Source: Candidatus Latescibacterota bacterium
Lineage (GTDB): Bacteria; Krumholzibacteriota; Krumholzibacteriia; WVZY01
NCBI GenBank assembly: GCA_963791045.1
Contig: CAWBQK010000018.1
Coordinates: 96,001-160,000, forward strand
Direction of reading: 5' to 3'
Length of the DNA stretch: 64,000 nucleotides
The notes beneath the pieces were generated by a model. The model did no database searches. It saw nothing but the letters and a program-made list of their open reading frames with translations, and was not told where the DNA came from. The position numbers were made by a program, and so were the translations under genes. This document shows positions 50,836-60,518 of this stretch, in pieces. Numbering within the stretch: position 1 is the stretch's first letter; every line of letters starts with the position of its first letter.

Positions 50836-51420
50836 ATGAAAACTCTCGGAATCTTGCTTGCCGTGCTGACGGCGGCGATAATCTGCCCGGTCTCAGACGT
50901 TTTTGCCTCGGAAGGTCATGAGGCAAAAAGGGAGAGTTTTGTGGTCGGCTTCGGCGCCGGTTGGGGGAATGCGGGAGCCGATTTGACGACCGTTGAAGAA
51001 GTCGATCGGCAAAACGGAGTCGTCGGTAATTTGCGACTGGGTTGGGCGGTGAAAAACGAGATGGTGTTCGGCGTCGATTTCGATATCTGGTCGGAGCTAT
51101 CCGGGGATACACGTTGGATTTTCAATCTGAGCGCGGCAACGTTCACGTATTTTCCGTTCAATAAGAATGCGTTCATCATCGGTGGAGTTGGAATCGGAAC
51201 TTCTCGAGTGGAAGTGGCTGGAGGGGGGACCGTTGAATATCAGGACCAGGCAGGTCCCGGTTACTTTGTTGGCGCGGGATACGAGTGGTGGGTAGTGGAT
51301 GAAGTCGCGGTGGGTGCGCAGACAAAGTGGGCGTATCTCGATATGGATGGCGACGTCACGAAGAGTGCGGACTATTTTTCAATTATGTTGCAGCTGACCT
51401 GGTATAAGCCAAAGAACTGA
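50836..51420 (+). CDS. Outer membrane beta-barrel protein (8-stranded OmpA/OmpW-like)
   Basis: Signal peptide, alternating amphipathic strands, GAGYEW, terminal QLTWY strand. Confidence 0.8.
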   Translation: MKTLGILLAVLTAAIICPVSDVFASEGHEAKRESFVVGFGAGWGNAGADLTTVEEVDRQNGVVGNLRLGWAVKNEMVFGVDFDIWSELSGDTRWIFNLSAATFTYFPFNKNAFIIGGVGIGTSRVEVAGGGTVEYQDQAGPGYFVGAGYEWWVVDEVAVGAQTKWAYLDMDGDVTKSADYFSIMLQLTWYKPKN

Positions 51421-51508
51421 CCGGGTTCACAGCACCGAATCATGATCCGGCCAGGCGGCGGCGAATCCGAGGATCCGGCGGAAACATTCCGCCGGGTTTT
51501 TTGAAGCT

Positions 51509-52276
51509 ATGAGTAAAACAAAGAAAACAATTCTGGGAGTATTTGCCCACCCGGACGACGAATCGATGGGGCCCGGGGGGACTTTGGCGAAGTATGCGGC
51601 TGAGGGCCACACGGTAAAATTCATTTCGGCAACCGACGGCGGCGCCGGTCGTCTTTACGAGGAACGCCCCGTGGATAACACGGCGCTCCGGGACGCACGC
51701 AGGCAAGAAACTATTGCCGCCGCCGGAATTCTCGGTGTCGAATGTCTCGGATTTCTGGGGTGGGAAGACGGAAAGCTCGCTGGGTTGGACATACTTGATG
51801 TCGAGCTGCGGATCGCGGAATTGATCCGGCGGGAAAAACCGGATGTTGTTATCACGTTCCACGCGTCAGGGATCTCTTATCATCCCGACCACAGGGTCAT
51901 CGCGCTCGCCCTGATGGGCGCGTTTTGTGGAGCGGGGCACGAGGGCTGGTACGCGGATCCGGTAGTCGAAGGCGTTCCTCCGCACGCCGCATCGAAACTC
52001 TACTTTTTCACGCTTGTTCGGTCACAGATAGACAGGGTCGAATGGCCCCGGGAAGTTTACGCCTCACCCGACAATGAAGTGACGACCGCTATAGATACGA
52101 GCGGGACCGCGGAGGTCAGATGGCGGGCGATACAGGCGCACAAGACGCAGAGGAACGGACCGCCGTTCGAGGCGCTGTACAGCGCGGGCATCTTTGACCA
52201 GGAATCATTTGTCAGGATTTTCCCGACCCCTTGTCCCGGCGACGCGTTGGAAGACGATCTTTTGGCCGGGCTCTGA
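51509..52276 (+). CDS. PIG-L/LmbE family N-acetyl deacetylase (BshB/MshB-like)
   Basis: FAHPDDE, RRQE..AA..ILG, YHPDH, AHKTQ. Confidence 0.9.
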   Translation: MSKTKKTILGVFAHPDDESMGPGGTLAKYAAEGHTVKFISATDGGAGRLYEERPVDNTALRDARRQETIAAAGILGVECLGFLGWEDGKLAGLDILDVELRIAELIRREKPDVVITFHASGISYHPDHRVIALALMGAFCGAGHEGWYADPVVEGVPPHAASKLYFFTLVRSQIDRVEWPREVYASPDNEVTTAIDTSGTAEVRWRAIQAHKTQRNGPPFEALYSAGIFDQESFVRIFPTPCPGDALEDDLLAGL

Positions 52277-52303
52277 CCCTTCGAAACATCTTCGAAACAC
52301 AAG

Positions 52304-53434
52304 CTACCGATTCTCGAGAGTTGATAACGTGTAGACGGCAAACGAGGCGAGCCAGTGCTCGCCTTCATAGTTGCCGCTCGTAATGTGCGCGAGCGCATCG
52401 GCGGCATGACGTTCAGCTGAGGCGGCAAGGGTGTTTCTTGCCGGGCTTTCGGCCGGCAACGCGGACACGATCCCGGCCATACACCAGGCGCGGCTGAGGT
52501 TGAGACCATCGAGATGCACGATCTTGGGATCGGTCCGATCCGCGACGGTTGCCGGAGTGATTATCTCTTCGGGGATTGTGGGCAAGAATCCATCGAACCA
52601 TTCGGCGAATTCCGCGGGACCGAGCACGCGGCGCATCAAGTCGGCCTCCATCAAGGCCGGAGAGAAAAAGTCTTCTCCGCCCGGCTCCCAGTTCGCCGGA
52701 TAATCTGTGTCAGACGCGAAATATTTTTTGCCGCGCTCGACAAGAACCGTTTCGAGCTCCTCGTTCCCGGTTGTTCGAGCGAAATCCAATGCGAACGCGA
52801 TTCCGAACGCTGTATTTGGGTGGACGCCGGTCCGGATCGGATACGTTTGTCTCGGTAAAAAATCGATGTATCGCGATGCCAGCAGCTGGATGAGTGGGTC
52901 GAGACTCGCATACCATTGTTTTCCATCCGGGTCATCCCACGTATAAAGTTCCTCGCCGAGTTTTAGCAACCATGCCCAACCGTACGTGCGTTCGAACGAT
53001 TTGCGATTTGGTTCTTCGAAGTACGCTACTTCCTTCTCAATGTTTTCCGGCGTGAGATTGTGATTCAGGGCCGCCCTGATCGGTGCGTCCGTCTCGATGT
53101 CGGGGAAAAGCTTGAGAACTCGAACGAGCATCCAGTGTCCGTGGACGGCCGAATGCCAGTCAAAACACCCGTAAAAAGCGGGATGAAGCACCTGGGGGTT
53201 CTGGACTTCGTCTTCGTCGTTCAATACGTGCGACGGTTTGTTTGGATATTCGCGTTGAACACAACCGAGCGCGAGCTCCGAAAGTCCGGCGGCAACTTCG
53301 GATGTCAGCGCCGGCGTGCCTGAGATATGGGAGGTTGGATCGGGCTCCGCGTTGGTGCCCGTTTCAACAAGCACACCGAGAACAAAACCGAGCGCCGTAA
53401 CTGCTACTACGAGTGCGATGAATATCTTGCCCAT
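52304..53434 (-). CDS. DUF2891 domain protein, exported
   Basis: REYPNK, LHPAFYGCFDWHSAVHGHW, FERTYGWAW, HLDGLNLSRAW, YEGEHWLASFA. Confidence 0.88.
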   Translation of the reverse strand: MGKIFIALVVAVTALGFVLGVLVETGTNAEPDPTSHISGTPALTSEVAAGLSELALGCVQREYPNKPSHVLNDEDEVQNPQVLHPAFYGCFDWHSAVHGHWMLVRVLKLFPDIETDAPIRAALNHNLTPENIEKEVAYFEEPNRKSFERTYGWAWLLKLGEELYTWDDPDGKQWYASLDPLIQLLASRYIDFLPRQTYPIRTGVHPNTAFGIAFALDFARTTGNEELETVLVERGKKYFASDTDYPANWEPGGEDFFSPALMEADLMRRVLGPAEFAEWFDGFLPTIPEEIITPATVADRTDPKIVHLDGLNLSRAWCMAGIVSALPAESPARNTLAASAERHAADALAHITSGNYEGEHWLASFAVYTLSTLENR

Positions 53435-53655
53435 GGGCCCTCCCCGATTGATGAAGTGTTGATGTTCGGGTTTATTTAACCATTCCTGTCTGGATATCGA
53501 TAACCAAAATTTCAAGGTTCGTCTGCAAACCTTTATCCCATGGATATCGGGGTCTGGGGGACGGTGCAAACCTGCGCTATCCGGCCTATACTATGGGTGA
53601 TGGGAGAGGTTGGGGAGGGGCTCACCGAAGCACGAGTCCAGGGAAAGGAGAGGTT

Positions 53656-54120
53656 ATGAAAGTGTCCGATATCATGAACCGCCGCCCCGTGACAGTGGAT
53701 CCGGAGACAATGCTTCGCGATGTCGTACAAATAATGCTGAGATTTCACCTGAACGATGTCCTCGTCGTTGACGAGCAGCGGTTGTTGGGGATCGTCACCT
53801 ACAAGGATATTTTCCGGAAGCTGCTTCCCGGCGACAGTGAAGTTACACAGCACGCGACGCGGTGGACCGATCCCGAGGCGATAGAGGATCGGCTGCTCGC
53901 CGTGGCGAGGATGCCCGCGCGGGAAATCATGACCACACGACTCCACACCGTCGATTCAAATTCGACTGCGATTCGCGCCGGATCCACGATGAATCTCCGC
54001 AGCGTCAAGCAGCTTCCCGTTGTCGACGACGGCCAGTTGGTTGGCATCGTGAGCTATACCGACATCACCTGGGGACTGATGGTTAAGTATTACAAGGGGT
54101 CGTACTACCGATCGTCTTGA
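53656..54120 (+). CDS. CBS domain pair protein
   Basis: MKVSDIM..PVTV, LLGIVT..D, REIMT, LPVVD.GQLVGIVS..D. AAGGAGAGG RBS. Confidence 0.9.
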   Translation: MKVSDIMNRRPVTVDPETMLRDVVQIMLRFHLNDVLVVDEQRLLGIVTYKDIFRKLLPGDSEVTQHATRWTDPEAIEDRLLAVARMPAREIMTTRLHTVDSNSTAIRAGSTMNLRSVKQLPVVDDGQLVGIVSYTDITWGLMVKYYKGSYYRSS

Positions 54121-54129
54121 CCGGCGCTT

Positions 54130-54717
54130 TTACGCGTCGTTCCAGAGATCCTGGGCCTCGCGGCGTTTCTGATCCTCTTCGGCCGCTCGAATTTCGGATC
54201 TGAGAAAAATACCCTTTCGTACCAGCGAGCGGTACCTGTCGATCAGAGTCGTCAACGATTCAGGCCATTCGTTCGGGTCGGGGACGTCGGAGTCGAATTT
54301 GTCCGATGCGGGTAGGTAACCGTGGCGTTTGAGGATCGGCTTGATTTCATTGGCGACGGTAAGTATTGATGCTACGAGTTCCTTGGGCGGGCCCTTGGCA
54401 AAATCCACGTTACTCCATTGATCTCCCTGGGACCTGTGTGTCCAGAAGTTCGCCGCGCCGATCATTCGAACCACGAGTCCGTTCGTGTTGTCGTCGATTC
54501 TTTTGAGTTCAACTTTCATCTGGGCGAGCGAGGAAGGGCCCAGACTCCTCGTGTGATCGTAGTACTTCATCACATAAAATTCGCCGCACCTCCAATACCA
54601 GCTCTTCACGAACTTCTCGACTTCAGTCAAGAACGCGAGCGTGACGAATTCCATTTCTTGAAGAAGTTTCTTCAGTTCGGTGGTGGAATTCACGGGCGTT
54701 TCAGTCGGCTGCGGCAT
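54130..54717 (-). CDS. Hypothetical alpha-helical cytoplasmic protein
   Basis: AAGGAG RBS before MPQPTE, coiled-coil-like composition, no recognised motif. Confidence 0.65.
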   Translation of the reverse strand: MPQPTETPVNSTTELKKLLQEMEFVTLAFLTEVEKFVKSWYWRCGEFYVMKYYDHTRSLGPSSLAQMKVELKRIDDNTNGLVVRMIGAANFWTHRSQGDQWSNVDFAKGPPKELVASILTVANEIKPILKRHGYLPASDKFDSDVPDPNEWPESLTTLIDRYRSLVRKGIFLRSEIRAAEEDQKRREAQDLWNDA

Positions 54718-54801
54718 CGATGGTTGCTCCTTTTGACGATATGCGGTTGAGCCTCGACCCGGAGGGGACTGGGCCGGGCGCAGTGTGGCGTCAAGGAATG
54801 T

Positions 54802-54816
54802 GCGAGAAGCGTGCCA
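54802..54816 (-). promoter_or_regulatory. Candidate sigma-54 promoter for the 54717 gene
   Basis: The minus strand reads TGGCACGCTTCTCGC: a consensus -24 box and GC at -12, ~85 nt upstream of the ATG. Confidence 0.5.
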
Positions 54817-54951
54817 CAAATCGAACCTGGCCCGGTTGGCGTAACTGTTGTGGACGTTATATTTTATGCCGTGTGTCGTGCTGCGTTGACACGTGGGAGG
54901 AAGGCGCTTTCGAGGTGAATCTGCAAGCGTCGTGCGAGAACGCAGGCGGTA

Positions 54952-57114
54952 TCAGTTTTTTTTCTTCCCGGCGACACCCATGAATATGTCCTGGGCGGCG
55001 CGGTGAGGTTCGTCGTTTTCCGGTATACGTTTTGTGTAGGCGCCATCCGGATTGCAGTCCCATGCCGAACAATTGTCGTTGTCATAAACGTCGAGTATTT
55101 CCGAAAGCTCTTTTTTTGTATGACCGTCGAGCACCGGAGTGATGGTTTCGACACGACGGTCGAGATTTCTTCGCATCCAGTCCGCCGACCCGATAAAATA
55201 TTCGGAATCCCCTTCGTTGGCAAACTCGAATATCCGGCTGTGTTCGAGGAAACGACCGACGATGGCGACCACGCGAATGTTGTCGGACAGCCCCTTGACC
55301 CCCGGCCTGAGACAACACAAACCTCGGACATGCAAAGTGACGGGCACACCGGCCTGACTCGCTTTGTAGAGCTCGCGAATAACTCCCTGATCCTGGATCT
55401 GGTTCATTTTCGCGCGGATCCCCGAAGTTTTACCCGCCTTCGCGTTTTCCGCCTCGCGTCGAATCAGTGAAACAAATTTGTCCCGCATATAAACGGGCGC
55501 CACGAGGAGTTTCTGATAGTCGGTGTGCGGCGTCGCGCCGGTCAGCGCGTTGAATACCGCTGCCGCATCGTCGCAGATCTCCGGGTCGCAGGTCAGAATT
55601 CCAACGTCTTCGTAAATCCTGGCCGTACCCGTGTGGTAATTGCCCGTGCCCACGTGGACATAGCGCTTAACCTCTCCGCCTTCTTCGCGAACGACGAGCG
55701 CGAGTTTGACGTGTGTTTTGAGCCGTTCGACACCGTAAGCGACATGAACCCCTTCTTTTTCCAGGTATTCGCCCCACGCGATGTTAGGCGCCTCGTCAAA
55801 GCGAGCCGTTACTTCGACGAGCACTGCTACTTGTTTGCCGCGCCGGACGGCATCGACGAGCGCCGTGACGATCGGGGAGCCGGGACTAGTTCGATAAATG
55901 GTGATCTTGATGGCGAGGACGGTTGGATCCTCCGCCGCGGATTCGATAAAACGCAGCACCGACGTGTCGAAGCTGTGATAAGGATGATGGAGAAGAACAT
56001 CACCGCGGCGAACCTCGTCGAAAATGGCGGACGGATTGTCTTCTTCAATCTCCAAAAGGCGTGGGTGGGTCACAGGTTCATGGGTCGGATAAAGGAGATC
56101 TTCGTGCCCGGGGACGTCAAATTTGAGGAAATCGCTAAGCCGGGTTATCGGGCCTAGAGGATATATGTCCTCGTTGTCGACACCGAGTTGTGCGGCGAGC
56201 CACTTGAGTCGTTTCTTCGGCATGCGCTGGTCTACCTGGAGTCTGACAATCCCGGCAAAACGGCGCGCCTTTAGTTCGTTGGAAACCAGGCGTATGATGC
56301 TCCCAGGCTCCTTGAGTGTTTCCTCGAAGGCGCCGTTCGCGTCGGTCGAAGGATCGCCTTCAGCGCCCCTTGTAACGCGAAACAGATAAGTTGCGCGGGC
56401 TTCCGCCGCTGGAAACATAAGATCGAGATTTGACGAGATGACCTGCTCTATCGGAACGAAGCCGGTATCGTCGGGCAAAGGCACCCAACGCGGCCGATTG
56501 GCGGGTATCTTGATCCGAATAAACCGTTCCCGGTTATTCGGCTCGTCCGTTACAAGAACGGCGATGTTTATCCCATGGTTGCTGATAAAAGGGAACGGAT
56601 GCTCCGCGTCGACGGCCAACGGCGTCAGAATCGGCTGGACCGATTGTTTAAAATAATTTCGCAGGTGTTTTTTTGATTTCTTGTCGAGATCGTCATATTC
56701 GACGAGCGGGATGCCGTGTTTTTTCAGTTCGACGCGGAGGCTGTCATCGATGACTCGTGTCAACGCCTCCGCTTGATCGGCCAGCTCACTCCTGCAGGCG
56801 TCAAATTGTTCTCGCGGCGTCCGTCCGTCGACGGCGGTCTTCTTCGATCCTTTTCTGATCTGTCTTTTGAGTCCGCTCATCCTCTTCATGAAAAACTCAT
56901 CATGGAGCGTTCCCATGATTCCCGCAAACTTGATCCTCTCGAGGATGGGCAGCTCGCCGTCTTCGACAAGCGCGAGCACACGGCGGGCAAAGCTCAGCCA
57001 GCTCAACTCCCGGTTGATGTACGCTTCCGGAGAGTCCGGGGCGATCGATGGTCCTTTTTGCGTTTTCTCTTTCATTTCGGTCGTATGGGCTTCGGTTACG
57101 GTATGGGTCTGCAT
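54952..57114 (-). CDS. ppk1: Polyphosphate kinase 1
   Basis: YINRELSWL, DEFFMKR, LTPLAVD..HPFPFIS, LLHHPYHSF, ARFDE, LKTHVK (phospho-His), GTGNY, GRFLEHSR, SADWMRRNLDRRVE. Confidence 0.96.
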   Translation of the reverse strand: MQTHTVTEAHTTEMKEKTQKGPSIAPDSPEAYINRELSWLSFARRVLALVEDGELPILERIKFAGIMGTLHDEFFMKRMSGLKRQIRKGSKKTAVDGRTPREQFDACRSELADQAEALTRVIDDSLRVELKKHGIPLVEYDDLDKKSKKHLRNYFKQSVQPILTPLAVDAEHPFPFISNHGINIAVLVTDEPNNRERFIRIKIPANRPRWVPLPDDTGFVPIEQVISSNLDLMFPAAEARATYLFRVTRGAEGDPSTDANGAFEETLKEPGSIIRLVSNELKARRFAGIVRLQVDQRMPKKRLKWLAAQLGVDNEDIYPLGPITRLSDFLKFDVPGHEDLLYPTHEPVTHPRLLEIEEDNPSAIFDEVRRGDVLLHHPYHSFDTSVLRFIESAAEDPTVLAIKITIYRTSPGSPIVTALVDAVRRGKQVAVLVEVTARFDEAPNIAWGEYLEKEGVHVAYGVERLKTHVKLALVVREEGGEVKRYVHVGTGNYHTGTARIYEDVGILTCDPEICDDAAAVFNALTGATPHTDYQKLLVAPVYMRDKFVSLIRREAENAKAGKTSGIRAKMNQIQDQGVIRELYKASQAGVPVTLHVRGLCCLRPGVKGLSDNIRVVAIVGRFLEHSRIFEFANEGDSEYFIGSADWMRRNLDRRVETITPVLDGHTKKELSEILDVYDNDNCSAWDCNPDGAYTKRIPENDEPHRAAQDIFMGVAGKKKN

Positions 57115-57346
57115 GGAACAGTCTCCGGTCCTGGGGGCGATCCGACTCTGAATTAAGCGATGACGGGTTGTCGCAAAGCGTTGGCCGCAGGAACTCCAGA
57201 CTGTGAGTTTTGGTGGATGAGCGTTGCAGGAATTGTACCGCAAATCACGAGGTGGCCGCAACCAGGTTCGCAATCGTGTGCTGAGAAGGTGAATAGGGAG
57301 CAAGATCGGGCAAAAACAGTGAGCAGACAAAAATGTGCTTGGTCTC

Positions 57347-57375
57347 TCGACACCCGGCGGTTTGCTTGCTATAAT
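57347..57375 (+). promoter_or_regulatory. Strong sigma-70 promoter (extended -10)
   Basis: TCGACA-N17-TATAAT with TG immediately upstream (TGcTATAAT). Confidence 0.75.
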
Positions 57376-57381
57376 ATGAAC

Positions 57382-57489
57382 AGAGAGCCGTGATACCGGC
57401 TCAGTGGCATTATCGAAGTAGTGAAGATGTTTCAAAGTTCCGATAATGCCGTCCTCCCCCCACGAAAGCGCGTGGGGGGAGATTTTTTT
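57382..57489 (+). ncRNA. Candidate small structured RNA (sRNA or attenuator), family not recognised
   Basis: Lies between the promoter and terminator. Hairpins GAGCCG/CGGCTC and GGCATTATCG/CGATAATGCC. No credible ORF. Confidence 0.6.
57454..57489 (+). terminator. Intrinsic terminator
   Basis: Perfect 11-bp stem CTCCCCCCACG / CGTGGGGGGAG followed by ATTTTTTT. Confidence 0.85.
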
Positions 57490-57678
57490 CCGTAAACCGT
57501 ATAGTGTTTGCTTAGCTTTTGCGGTCGCTTCGGTTGCGGCGGTTTTTGCCCCCGAATGCCTGATGAACTCGCTCGCCGGTTGCGGGCGTTGTGACGCCTG
57601 ATTTTGAGCTCCTGAAAATATTTTGTTTTTGTTCCCAAATCGCTTAGTGTACTAGGCCAATCGGCCGAGGTTTCCGGT

Positions 57679-59028
57679 GTGACCGGTATATGTGATTTAT
57701 TTCGGGTGGTTTGTAAGGTATTGCCAGTATATGACTTACATGATTATGCGAGGCGCCGTCCGCGGGTCTATTTACTTCCCCTGGTCGTCGCTCTTATCTG
57801 GGCCTGCACGGGGCTTTCCGTGGATGTGAGTCTTCCGCGTTTGGGGACGAACCTGTGGCGAATGGGCTGGCTCGATATCACGGCCAATATCGTGCTGTAC
57901 GTGCCGCTGGGTATTGCACTACGGCGGTCTCGATTCCTGGTTTGTGTCGCCGCGGCACTGATTCTATCTCTGTGTGTGGAAACGGTTCAGCTGTTTTACC
58001 CCGACCGGTTTACCGCCTTGTCGGACGTCGTTGCAAATGTTGCGGGCGCGACCCTGGGTTACGCGGCGACGCGGTTGTTTGGCGGAAATTCGGCCGGTGG
58101 CCTGGATCCGTTTGACCTCGGTGCGGGTGTTGGTATTTTCTCGGTTACTCTTTTTTTCGTGTTTATGGTTGTTTTAGCGATTCCGGGGCGCCCGTCTGAT
58201 TTTTCGACGTGGGACAGGGAATGTCAGCTCATCGTTGGCGACGAACTCACAAGGGATCGGCCGTGGAAAGGAACGATCGACAGGCTCATGATTTTTGATT
58301 CTTGTTTTGGCGCCGACACGATTGAGCGTGTCGCTCAAGATGGGGAAGTCGGTGGGCACGCGATTTTTATCGCGCAGGCACCGATGCCGATGGATTCAAT
58401 CCGTGGTCTCCCGCTTCTTGATGAATCCGCTAAAGATGCGTTCTTCGACACACTCTCGGCGCGCCGAACATTGACGATTCTGGTCTGGTTCAAAACTGAA
58501 ACGAACGATCAGGGCGGCCCGGCGCGGATCGTCGGCTTTTCGAAGTCGCCGTGGGACCAAAACTTTTCGTTGGGCCAGGAGCAGCGTGAATTAATATTCA
58601 GGCTTCGTACGCCGACGACGACCGCCGGCGGGTACAACCCCCAGACAAAATCGAGGGATTTGCTCGAGCCGAATAAGCGGACGTTTGTTGCTGTGACCTT
58701 CGACAGCCGGAATACGAGAGTGTATGTGGATGGACGTCAGGAGTCGCGTCTCAATCTCTGCGCCCACGGAAGGCTTTCTTCATTTTTGTCCGACAGCGGG
58801 TTGCCCGCGGCGGCGACGCTTCTTGGCGCGGCGCTCGCGATTGGAATCCTTGGGTTGAGTGGATGTGGTATGGTGTGGCGGCGGTGGCTGATTGGCGGGG
58901 CGGCCGGACTTGCGGCGTCGGTTTTGTTTATCGCGGCCGGAGGCGTCGGAGCGCTTCCCGAACTCATACCGCTGGTGCCGCTCTTTGGAATTTTCGGCGG
59001 CGTTTCCGCCGCTGCGGCTACCGGTTGA
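57679..59028 (+). CDS. VanZ-like membrane protein fused to a LamG/concanavalin-like domain
   Basis: DITANIVLYVPLG, SLCVETVQLFYPDR...SDVVANVAG (VanZ). GPARIVGFS, NFSLGQ, FRLRTP, FVAVTFD..RVYVDG (LamG-like). Start uncertain. Confidence 0.8.
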   Translation: MTGICDLFRVVCKVLPVYDLHDYARRRPRVYLLPLVVALIWACTGLSVDVSLPRLGTNLWRMGWLDITANIVLYVPLGIALRRSRFLVCVAAALILSLCVETVQLFYPDRFTALSDVVANVAGATLGYAATRLFGGNSAGGLDPFDLGAGVGIFSVTLFFVFMVVLAIPGRPSDFSTWDRECQLIVGDELTRDRPWKGTIDRLMIFDSCFGADTIERVAQDGEVGGHAIFIAQAPMPMDSIRGLPLLDESAKDAFFDTLSARRTLTILVWFKTETNDQGGPARIVGFSKSPWDQNFSLGQEQRELIFRLRTPTTTAGGYNPQTKSRDLLEPNKRTFVAVTFDSRNTRVYVDGRQESRLNLCAHGRLSSFLSDSGLPAAATLLGAALAIGILGLSGCGMVWRRWLIGGAAGLAASVLFIAAGGVGALPELIPLVPLFGIFGGVSAAAATG

Positions 59029-59087
59029 CAGCCGTAAAGTCTCTCAACTATCTTACACAGATATCAACCGGAGTGGAGCGAGTACGG

Positions 59088-60470
59088 ATGATTCAAATAC
59101 CAAAAGGAAATCTGCTTTTTAGTGTCGCGGGTGCGCGGGGCATCGTTGGGCACGGGTTCACCGTGGATGTGGCGGCGAGACTGACCCTTGCTTTTTGCTC
59201 GAATTTGCCGGCGGGACCCGTCGTGGTCGGACGGGATACAAGACCCTCCGGCGAATCGATCAAGTTCGCCGTGATGGGAGCGATAACGGCCACCGGGCAT
59301 GATTGTATAGACATCGGTATCGCCACGACACCCACCGTGGAAATGATGGTCGAATCGCATGGAGCGGCCGGCGGAATCATCGTGACGGCAAGTCACAACC
59401 CCGTCGAGTGGAACGCGCTCAAGTTTCTCGACTCGAGGGGAGTTTTCATTCCGAAGGCGCTCGGCGACTCGATCCACGATGACTACAAGAACGAACGATT
59501 TAATTTCGTGGACGCGCTGTCGACCGGGCGAATCTCGCGTTATCATCAGTCCGCACGGGACCACATCGACGCGATACTCGCTTTGGACGCGATTGACGTC
59601 GACCTCATTCGCAAACGCGGATTCCGAGTCGTTATCGATTCGATCAACGGCGCCGGGAGCGTGATTGCGCCGGATCTATTGAGGGAACTCGGCGCGACCG
59701 CGGTAGCGGTGAACTGCAAGACGGATGGGGACTTTTACCGCGACCCGGAACCACGGGCCGCTCATCTCGGAGAGCTTGCAGAACGGGTCGGCGATGAAAA
59801 AGCTGACATAGGTTTCGCGCTCGACCCCGACGCGGACAGACTTGCGCTCGTTGACGATCAGGGTGTCGCGATCAGCGAGGAATACACCCTGGCACTCGCG
59901 ATCGACCATATCCTCGCGGCGGGAAGAGGGGGCCCGGTTGTCGTCAACGTGAGCACGACGGCACTCATCGACTGGGTGGCTGGGCGCCACGGCGCGACGG
60001 TGTTGCGAACTCCGGTGGGGGAAGCCCATGTTGTTGACGCGATGCTCGGCGCGAATGCGCCGATTGGCGGCGAGGGAAACGGTGGGGTGATTTACCCCGA
60101 CTTGCACCCGGGGCGGGATGGGATGCTCGGTATGGCCCTCATCTTGCAACTGCTCGCGTCAAGGGATAAGACGTTAAGTCAACAAGTTGGAGAATATCCT
60201 TCATTTCACATGTCCAAGACAAAGGTGGATTTGGACGGCGAGTTCTCGTCGGACGGGATTTCCCGCTTAATCGAGGGTCTCGGCCTGCTAGAATCGACAC
60301 TCAGGACGGAGTGAAGGCGATATTCGAGGACGGGTGGTTTCATATCCGCGTTTCGAATACCGAAGGGGTTGTGCGGGTCATGGCGGAATCGATGAGCGGA
60401 AGACCGGACGCAAGTATTATTGAACTCGGCTCGCGAGGTTCTGGCCCAATCCTGGGGTTCCGCGGGCTGA
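59088..60470 (+). CDS. glmM: Phosphoglucosamine mutase; frameshifted near 60290 (3' end approximate)
   Basis: SVAGARG, GRDTR, TPT, catalytic TASHNP, DPDADR, PVGE, GGEGNGG. The C-terminal DGVK...WFHIRVSNTE is in another frame. Directly upstream of glmS. Confidence 0.82.
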
Positions 60471-60518
60471 CAAAAAAACGACGATCGTGGCGCGCCGGCG
60501 CGCGCCGGGAGATGCAAC

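Noticed and set aside
57173-57187. Possible sigma-54 site CGGC-N7-TTGC upstream of ppk1 (minus strand)
   Set aside because: The -24 box is a weak match and cannot be distinguished from chance.
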